From contig CM119381.1 of assembly GCA_051294905.1 (NCBI GenBank), positions 22,506,001-22,570,000 of the forward strand: DNA of 64,000 nucleotides, written 5' to 3'. The notes beneath the pieces were generated by a model. It searched no databases. It was not told the origin of the DNA and saw nothing but the letters and a program-made list of their open reading frames with translations. Within the stretch, counting starts at the first letter, position 1. The number at the start of each line of letters is the position of its first letter. Position numbers and translations under genes: made by a program. This DNA comes from Botryllus schlosseri (Eukaryota). Of this stretch, positions 13,297 to 23,000 are shown piece by piece.

Positions 13297-13855
13297 TAGG
13301 GTTGTATTTAAAACAAAAATCAATTTAGAACAAACACGTTTAAAACATGGCCCTTGTTTAAAACTTTTTTTTATTTTCAATATTTTTAACCATGACGTCA
13401 CTAATATTTAATTGTGACGCCTCAGTGGATTGGCATTGACAACTGAAAGTATAAGGTAAAGATGACTCCTTCGACGAATAGGGCTTCTGACCACTGTCAT
13501 AAACAGAACAAAAATATCTTTAACAAGGACTGTGTGCACTGTTTTGCAACATTTTACGGTCGGCGAACTTCATAATAACAATACCCATTCCGTACCAATG
13601 ATCCATATCTACTTGCTATAGCTGTTGAACAGACGACGATTTCGAGGGTTCCAGCCACTCCATATCGTAAAAGACGACTTTATTGGATGCAAATCGTCCG
13701 CGTAGGCTCATATTACATGTTTTTCGAAAGCATTTAAACAATTATGGCATAATTATACAACGTTTGAAAAAATATCGTGTTTTTAAAGGCATTTGTTTAA
13801 AACACAGTTCTAAACGAAGAGTTTCAAAACACCGATTGTTTAAAATGGAACTCTA
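13297..13855. mobile_element. hAT-type MITE family A (~560 bp), copy 1
   Basis: TAGGGTTGTATTT...AAATGGAACTCTA; TSD GGCACATT / TGCACATT; alignable with 30078, 40687, 54354 and 56577. Confidence 0.9.
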
Positions 13856-15100
13856 TGCACATTGTATAAGCACACACGCTCGGCGTGGCCGAATATCCAT
13901 ATTTCGCGTAACGTAGGATTTTAAGTAGCAAGGATACTTTGATTGGATAGAAATTGTTCCAAAATATCTATATATATTGTGATAGTCTTGATAGACGGAG
14001 GTTCGCGACTTGATAATTGCATAATTGCTTTATTGTGCGCACAGTCGCCAGATTACCACATCGGCCGTGAGTAGGTTTGGGCGAAGGTGCGGACCATTTT
14101 TTAAGTAGGCTAATCGGCACGTCAAATTGAGAGCTGGGTCGTGGAGCATTTTCAATCGGAAAATAGGGTCCCGACCACAAAAAGGTTGGGAACCGCTGTG
14201 TAAACGATTCAACTTCATTAACTTTGTTGATTTCATTGTAACTTGACTAACCAAGCAAGAGTCATTAAGATATACTTACCAACAGTATACAGCTAGATAC
14301 TGCTGAATTGTAACGACGACATTGAGGAAACGAGTGGTGTTTACACTGTTGTGATGCATCCCGCAATAGTCGCCGACGCCTATTTCTTCGTGTTCAGCGC
14401 AAACGCATTGTAGATGAGATGATGACGGAGTGGGACAAATGTTACGAGACGAGTTCGCCTCCGGTATACACATCCTGCAGTATGCATTAATTTGATGGTT
14501 AGTGGCTTACTGGCTTCAAACTTGGGCCTAAATGTTCTCAAGTCAATATATTGTCGGTAAGTAGTCAAGGCTTAAAGCTATCTCCGAAACGTGAGAAAAA
14601 GTACGATAAAAGTAATTAGATATTACTGGCAAAGGCAAACTCGTTCGCAAAACAGGTCCACCCATCCCTGGCAATCTATAGCATCCGGGAGTTCGCCGCA
14701 GTCGATATGGAACGCAGTGGGAAGACGCAGTATTTTCTTGCACATCGCATCACTAGAGCTTTTTGCGTTGCATTTTGTGCACGAGCAGTAAAAGGAATCC
14801 TGCAATTTATAATTAACTCAGGTCCGAAAAAATCTGCTGGTGTACCATTGTTCATGGGATTCACATGAACAGCATTCCCTATAATATAACATATATGCAC
14901 TGCACAATGCACACGCCAACGTTGGCTGCATTTGGCTACTTACCAAATATCCAATACTCCTTAATATAGCAGCAAAGTAACGTGATTCTTTGTCGACAGA
15001 CTTGGACGTCACCTGTATATGTAAATATGGCGTTGGTATTTACGGCGATTCATTAATTCATAGCCATGGCCTAGTACACAGGACAAGTATACTTATAGTA

Positions 15101-16019
15101 CAGTGGTCGGGAGCCTATGGCTCTTTTGGGTATAAGATATGGCTCTTTGCCAAATATTTATTTTTGTACTGAATTGATCAATATTGCAGCGACTTATTGG
15201 TAAATTTTCATGTCGGCCAGAATGATTAATCTCGTGGCAGTATAAACATGTCTTTGAGAGGTAAAGACCATGCCGTCTTCAGGTTTAGGGGCTCGGACCA
15301 CCTTTTTTCGAAATCCTCAAATTTAAATTGCTGTCACGCCGGCGGCCAATATCACTCGGGAATTCTATGTAACCGACTTGAAATCTTTAATTGTGCGATA
15401 CGTTGATTAATCAGAGAGCATAGCATACATGGCGACGCCCATTTCAAAATGCAGTTTTCAAATACACATTGTCTTCCTGATCTACGGCGCGAAATGGACT
15501 GTTGTGGATGTGACATTCATAATTACAAACTCGAATTACAGACAACGCCATAGCTATCCATCCACGTTCTTGATTGGTAAGTAAAGCTCTGTGTAGTACT
15601 GGTGATAAAATGTAGGCGTGTTGCGCAACGTTATTTTACCACCGCATACTTTGAGAATTGAGAAGTCGATAAGTATTAAGATTTTCCGAATCATTGTGAC
15701 AGTCACATTCGATTAATATCAGTTATAATAAATTCTAAGCTACTTACGATGGACTGGGTTATCAATGGGGAGGCTTGGCCCGTCAGTGCCTTACCTCTCG
15801 TTTCGAGCTTTATTTTCGAACAATATATACCAGTTTTTACAGAGAAAATATGGCGCACACGAGGAATCCCATATAGTGAGTTCGAATTAGTGCTACAATG
15901 ACGTCATGAATTTTCAATTGTGACGTAACAGTTGATTGGCATGTATGGCTCTTTGGGAGTTGAGATGGAAAAAATAGGGTTAATCTGGCTCTTCGGACAA
16001 AAAAGGTTCCCGGCCACTG
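15101..16019. mobile_element. hAT-type element family B (919 bp)
   Basis: TIR CAGTGGTCGGGAGCC / GGTTCCCGGCCACTG, perfect TSD TTATAGTA; homologous along its length, in opposite orientation, to 36662-37702. Confidence 0.92.
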
Positions 16020-16962
16020 TTATAGTAGGTCATATCGAGCGAGGATATTAATAAGTACCGGTACTGCTGAGGAGTTTGTGGCGACTGAAGAGCGTGCGTT
16101 CACTACTGAGAGAATGCTTCCATACATGGAGATCGAGAAGACGTCAACCAGAAATATGACGACCATGATACGTAGTAAACTTATCGAGTTAGTAGCCATA
16201 CTCTTCGTTTGCCTTGCAATTTAAAGACCCCAACAAGTATAACCTGTAGAAAGCTTATTCCATATGTCATTTACTTGTGCTGGAACGTTGCTAATATATT
16301 AGATTTAGGATACCACAGAATGTATTGATGTACGATGCTCACAAGCTATCAAATGAGAAGAAGAGCGAGTACGCGATCAATTTTGAGTAATCACACGGGC
16401 TGGGCTGGATCGAATACCTGAGTGATTCAGTTTCGAATCGACTATTAGGGTACGAGCCAATCGAGAATTCGAGTTTCAATCCCTATGACGTCATACCATT
16501 ATGAATGATGTGGAAAGTTGAAATATGTGTACCGTTTATCTGACTACAAATAGTATTAGGCCAGTTTTGCATCACATTAAAGATAATTTTCAATTTTTCG
16601 ATCATATACCTATTTCATTTAACTTGTGACAAGGCCGCTGTGCGTTGGTCACGACTTCGCAGATATGTCATTTACAGCAACCTCTGTAGCTTTGTTCTAC
16701 GAGTTTTGTATTCCGCGATACCACCAATCGTGGCTTCCATGTCACCGCGGTGGATAAATTAACTCTTGATGCCAAGGATCGTATAATTTCAGTACTCAAA
16801 AGATTCGAATACTCAAATTATTGCGCCCCAGTGATCACACATGCCTCGTCTGGTGTTAATGATCATTGCATCAGCATAAATTCGAGGTGCTGTGGACGAC
16901 AATCCTGTCGCATCTTTGACCGCGTTAGAAACGTAAGCCTGACGCGATGAAGTCGTAATAGC

Positions 16963-17160
16963 CTAATTCAGAAATCGATCTAGCATTTCAAGTATATATG
17001 ACCGACGACCATCTCGCCTCGTCAAATCTACAGGATTTTGCATGATTCTATTGCAATAGCATTGCTTTGGATCAACGTACAAGTCGACATACAGTTCCAT
17101 GAACTTTGTTGGATAACACCCGTAAATCCTATTGCAATAGTTACACTGTATCATCAGCAT
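16963..17160 (-). other. Short Cys-containing ORF or terminal-exon remnant sharing the CNRIMQNP motif with 6065-6274 (+)
   Basis: An 8-codon match with only synonymous differences, and a similar C-terminus (LDRFLN* vs LDDNFLS*). Confidence 0.35.
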
Positions 17161-18018
17161 CTATATATATATTCGTTTACAGTTAAACAAATTTTTTCAC
17201 ATATATTCGGTCAGTGAATCACTGCACCCTTTAGGTTGCCTACAATAATAATTAAGCGCGAAATCATAAAGTCATATAATATAGTATAATTATATACAGA
17301 AAATATCAAAATCATGCGTAGGCTACATCTGAAGTTCGTTTTATTCATGGAAAAATTTTCTCACCAGTAATCGTGAGCGCATCATTTCGCTACTATTCCA
17401 TGATAGAGCAATATTCGGATGTTATATTGCCATAATTGGTATACCTTGTACAGTAGGCGTGTCCCTTGCAGCCATGCAACCCCATTCTGTCATCGTACCA
17501 GTTCGGGAAATTTCACCAGCTTCCACTACTTTGAAATATAGCCGGTGTGAATATACCGATTAAAGCAATGTACATCAGTGTGGTATTCAATTAGTGCTTG
17601 ATGAGTTTTTATTGGTATACTGACATCAATTAGTTTAGGAGCTGAGGCGTTTATCATATTCTGCAGGTCAATCGGCGCCAGAGCAATCGCCATAAATATA
17701 CATCTGTAGAAGAAGCCTACGATAACAACACTGATATGATGCAAAGGGCCGTATTGCTATTAGCGCCAGTGAACTAATAGCAAGTTTGGCTAAAACGATA
17801 ATGTTGATAACAGTAAGGTATTTCGGAAATGTGTTCTTGTTTATCCAGAATGATAGGCCTACTCATACTTGGATTGTTATATTGGGGGAGATCGCAAGAT
17901 CCGATTGGTCATCTGGATATTACACCACTGTCACCACTCCTCATTCATCTCCACATATTCCAGTTCTGAGAAGTTGTTTCTAGACAACCACCGTACAGCA
18001 TTGTCCAGTGTATCCACT

Positions 18019-18345
18019 AGGGCTGTTCAAAAATAACTTTTTTTTCCAGATTCCAGCCATTCACTGATTAAATTGTCAGGTTACCCTAAAAAACGCTGCA
18101 CACCAAATTTGGTTCAATTCTAACAAGTATAGGACTCCGCAGATCCAATTAAAATTTTTAATTTATTATGGAAAATTTTTAAAAAAAATTTCAAATTTTT
18201 CTGCCAACCCCATGAAATTGTTGAGCTGTCTTCAAAGACGTTGCAAAACAAATTTGAGTCAATTCCGACCAGTAGAAGCGGAATTATGTGAGTTTTTCGT
18301 TGATAAATCGCGGATTATCCGCCGATCAAGGATAATCCGAGGATT
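18019..18345. mobile_element. Single arm of the fold-back family seen intact at 53190-53853
   Basis: TAGGGCTGTTCAAAAATAAC...CACCAAATTTGGTTCAATTC...CCCCATGAAA...CCAGTAGAAGCGGAATTAT aligns with one arm of the 53-kb palindrome. Confidence 0.75.
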
Positions 18346-20064
18346 GCAATTGAAATTCAAATATCGAATTTCCAACGTGTGTTGCGTCGGAAATACGAAG
18401 CAGTAGCAGACATTGAAAGCTGGCGTATATAGTAGAATGAAAGCGAATCAATCAGTTTCCCAAGATTAATGCTACAGTATCCACTGTCTTCAGGAGTCGG
18501 TTGTCCTTTCCGTACAGGTGCAAAACGCACAAGCACATTCATTACATTTGGTATGACAGTTGAGATTCGTCCATAATACTGCGTTAGTGTCTGTGATATG
18601 AAGAGCTACAAATAGCAATATATTTGTCAACAACGCAGCACCTTACTGTTACACTATTCCAATGTTGTATCGTGTGTTATCTATAAGGCATTGCCGACAC
18701 AGGGAACGCAAAAATGTACAATGAATTAACTTTGCCGGAGGCTCGAGTTTCGATTTCGCCGGGAAGTTCCGAAAACGATACGGATTAACATGAAAGTCAA
18801 AAGTGAGGATCTAGACTGCAATTATTTGCAGCAAATTATTGTTGATATTACAAGATCTACGTGTATTGCATTGCATTTGACGTAATGACCGCATACAATA
18901 CATCTATACAGCACGGAATGTTGATGACGTGCGGTGATTTAACGTAAAACATTGCATCATAGCATGTAGGGCACTATAATAGCATCAGATAAGATGGGAT
19001 AAGATTGAAATATAGCCGCTTAGCATTATTTGTTGCTGCTTTGAATACACTTATAGACCAATAAGTCGTGTGCTTGGATTAGCGCCTTTCAAACTTCGTA
19101 CTTCTAACTACTTTATGCGTAACGATCTCAGTTAATGAAATAATTTCAAAAATGATCTTGTCACGACTTACGCGTAGCAATAATCATTATCTCTCAGAGA
19201 CACAAAACGAAACTTATTCTAATGATTTAATCAGTATACCGTAGACGGGTGTACAGGTGAGACGCGACGTACGACCTTCGCTCGTATGTCTGTTCTATTC
19301 ACCCTGGCGTTGAGTCATGATCTTCAAACAAGACGCCGCTTATTTCTATCGCTTTCACCCAAAAATACCCCTCAACAGACAGACAGTGTGTGTGGGTGGA
19401 CGGATAAAACCATTCGCCAATTCCACCGCGGGAACGTTATCACGAAAATGATCAGCACGCGAGCCAAAATAATTAAATCTCATGAATCACGGTTGTATTG
19501 CATATCGACGATGTCCGGGTGTGAAAACCACAAATGTTACTATGACTCGATTCCAAAGATTTGAAAAATAGCAACACGCACGCTTCGGCTGAGGCTACAG
19601 CACCTGACGAAATCATCGACGATGAATCCCGAGCAAACCTGTACTTCGCAGAACTGATACGCGACATGCGAATGATACAGAAAAATTAGGGAACATGGTT
19701 CAGGCTGCTATTTTTACCCGCATTTGTGACAGTCCTAATAATTAATAGCTCGATATATATATATATATGATTTTTATCTTATGCATTAAAAAACACGCTC
19801 GGAACATCTTGGCAAATCGTTGCACGGAGTATAGGCTATACATCCGATAATCATTCAGGCCATTCGGTAGTTTACAATAAAACAAAATCTGATGACGTCA
19901 TGTGATCGTCATCGAGCAGGGTCGATTATGGTTGCCGCGACTTGAGAGCGATCAATTTTCCATTCGGTGATGGTAAAATTTGGAAAAAAAAAGTTTTCGA
20001 TAGATATTTACAGATAGAGTACTGCAGAAAGTCGGTTCGATTCGAGTTTGGTTCTAATTGGCGT

Positions 20065-23000
20065 TCAGGTTTCGATTATTTTGATCGTCATCCCTTCGCC
20101 AACCCATGGATTCTTTTTGGGCGCGCCGGGCTCAGGTCTCTTCACGCTACCGCCAAACTTGGCGGCGATGCTTTTCGATGCGCCGCCTGTTTGCTTGGTC
20201 AGCTCAGCTATTTCGCTCTTGGCTTCGTTCTTATACCCCGATGCGGCTTGCTGTTCCCGGTTCCTTCTCTCTAATTCCGCTTTCAAAGCCGCGACCGTTG
20301 AGAATTTCGCCGGAGCCGGTTCCTTCTTCGCTTCTCCGTTCGCTACCGCCGACGCCGCGGTGCCGACCGAGATTTGCTTCGTGATGGGCTTCAGGTTTTT
20401 CTGACCCCAGATGATCTTAGGCTCGTTGCTTGGAGGTGGGGGCGTTGGCTTGAGTTTCGGAATGTCGCCGTTTGCCGTTAATATCACGGCTAACGGTACG
20501 GCTGGCGGTCGCTCTTGTGGCGAAGTTGGCGGTGCTTGCGATGCCGGTGGTGTCGGTGGAGCCTGTGGTTCTTGCGGTGGTGCTATCACTGGTTCTGGGG
20601 TTGCGGGTTTCTCAGGCTCGGCTTGCTTTGGCTCTTCTGGTTTGATGTCTTCTGTGACATGTAAAGTAAGGCAAACGGAATGCGTTATTAAACGCTAGCA
20701 ATGATTGCTATGTTATTGCAGCATGAGGGCTATTGCATACGGTACAGTGAACCAAATGTTTTGAGTAACTTGTAGGCTCTCCGACTTTTTCAGAGTGCTC
20801 AAGTGGGTTGTGCTGACTTGCAGTTCTTACTCTATTGGTCATGTCTTTTTAAATTCCGCTTCTACTTGATAAATATGTTGGCAAAACTATTTACTATACG
20901 ATCGACTGCTAAAAGTGGGCGACGTCTCGGTCAAATCTTCTCTAGTAAACTAATTACTTGAGTACGATTCAGGTCATAATTTTTTTACTTCGACTTGAAG
21001 TAAAACTCTCGGAAATCTTTACTTCTATTGAAGAGATATTTACAGCGTTACTTCTACTCCCACTTGAGTACCACCGACGATGACTTAAGTATACCTCTGG
21101 TTGCATCATGGTATGACAGACGATGCCTCGTTAAGGTGGTTTACATTGAATTTTCTGGCGTCATGCGGATTTTCGTAATTGCTGCAAGCAGGAATCCCTA
21201 ACTTTTGAGCGAATCCTTCCCGACTACAAGATATCCTCAATGCGGCCGAGAACATTCGTAGTGTGACTTTGCCCAGGCGTGACAATCATTCACTTTCAAG
21301 CGAACGCAACTCCAGTGAGTACGCCTCATCGCGAAACGACGACCTATATAACAGGTGCGATTTACGTGTAAGCGTGTGTTGATGCCCATTTAGTAAAATA
21401 ATTGCGAGAGGAATAGATTCTTCGAGTCATTGTGCGGTCTGGTTATTCTACACAAAAATAGAGGCAGCTGTCCAATATATTTACCGTTTTCCTGCGCTCT
21501 GTCGACTATTTCCTTGTGGACGAGTGCTGCTGCCGCTTTTGCAGCCGCCCGGAGATCTTCCTCATCTTCTTTCTCCTCTTCACTTTCGTCTGCTAAAAAT
21601 AATCGTCACAGTTGACGTTACGGTCTGTCAGTACAGTATAAATTTAGCTTTGAAAATTTAGGCCGGGTTTGGATCGGGAAACCGAATATAGGAAATTTGA
21701 AACCAGATTTGAAACTATTGCGAAATATCAATATAATACACGCGAGAATGTAACTCGCGACCGAATAAGAGACTTGGATTTTGAAGACAGATACAATGTA
21801 CTACATGCCTGCTTGCACTATACTTCCTCAAGTAGTTGCGTTTTTAAACCAATTCCACTAGACTTAAACATTTCATCCGAAAAAAAATCACTACATTGAA
21901 AACTAAATTCATATTTAAAGGAACATAAATACCGGTACCTTCAGCTGACACTCATCACGGGTAATCGCGAGCAACTGTAGTAGAGAATTGAAAAGAACAT
22001 TGTATTATTGATATTTGTTGATATACAATGTTCTTTCCAATTCTCTACTAGTTGCTTACGATTACCCCTGACGAATGTCAGTCGACAATAATCAGGTTCA
22101 ATACCTTTCAATTGTATATTGAAGTTCTGTACCTCCAAGAAGATCTTCAAAAACTATACAATATACCAGGGTTGTAATGACTCGAGTTATGACTCGACTC
22201 GAGACCGACTCGAGTCACGATTTTCGGATGACTCGACTCGAGTCATTTTCTCAAAATACGGAAATGACACGACTCGACTCTGTGTATTGACTCGACTTGT
22301 ACTCGAGTCATTGCGCATGACTCGAAGCAAGTCATTGACTCGAGATTCAGACGGCCAAGACCGACATTTCATTGTAATTCCGAAGCCAACACACTATTGC
22401 GATTTCGTTTGTTGGTACTGGTGCTTGAAAATGGGACCAGAAACTGCTAAAAGCAAGGAAAATTGAAATATTATAAATGCGAACCATTCAATATCACCAT
22501 ACGGAGTTATAAAAAGTGGGTTTAGGATGACTTTAACTGGAAACTCAGTAGTCAACACAATGATTTGGACTCGGACTCGAGTCATAATACCATGACTCGG
22601 ACTCGATCCTCTGTTCGCTGACTTGGACTCGGACTTGACTCGGTGGGAATTGAAAATGACTCGACTTGACTCGAGTCAAAAATATAAAAGTGAGATTGAC
22701 TTGTGACTCGGAGCCTTGTGACTTGGTTACAACCTTGCAATATACATACTTTATAACTTTGTGTTTTGAAAAGAAGAAAGCACTTTTGTGATGGATTTTC
22801 ACCATTTTTACGAGTCAAATCATAAGTACCGCGCAAAATAACCATTACATTAAATACCGAATACATTCTCGAATATTGTACCTATTTGTAGTGCCGTCAG
22901 TCATTTTACGTTAATCACAAAAATGTATTTTGCAATTTTGAAAGTAGCAAACCACCGATTAACTGCCCAAAATAAACGAACCTTTGACTATATCTACTTT

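Larger units (their letters stand above)
11633..14198. mobile_element. hAT-like element carrying two nested insertions
   Basis: Termini CAGCGGTTAACAACC / GGTTGGGAACCGCTG; contains 12024-13276 and 13297-13855. TSD degenerate. Confidence 0.65.
11259..16199 (-). pseudogene. Candidate secreted Cys-rich protein gene or pseudogene, GFRalpha/GAS1-like spacing (model uncertain)
   Basis: Putative exons 16199-16059 (signal-like MATNSISLLRIMVVIFLVDVFSIS...), 15012-14944, 14799-14627, 14474-14280, 11579-11506, 11452-11259. Exons 1-4 chain in frame through GT-AG, and exons 5-6 chain through a 53-nt intron. The 4-5 junction does not join cleanly. Confidence 0.45.

Noticed and set aside
12976-13401. Long ORFs within MITEs or fold-backs (also 30120-30515, 40845-41216, 60998-61900, 22119-22866)
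   Set aside because: No domain motifs, and frames are not conserved among copies of the same family.
20048-20698. Plus-strand Ala/Gly/Ser-rich ORFs (also 23286-23588, 24222-24443, 27317-27832, 30743-31234, 50951-51358)
   Set aside because: Antisense shadows of real minus-strand exons.
22167-22737. CRISPR-like or restriction-site array (GACTCGAGTC repeats; also 51615-52183)
   Set aside because: No constant repeat/spacer periodicity; bounded by TIRs and an 8-bp TSD; eukaryotic context. These are MITE subterminal repeats.
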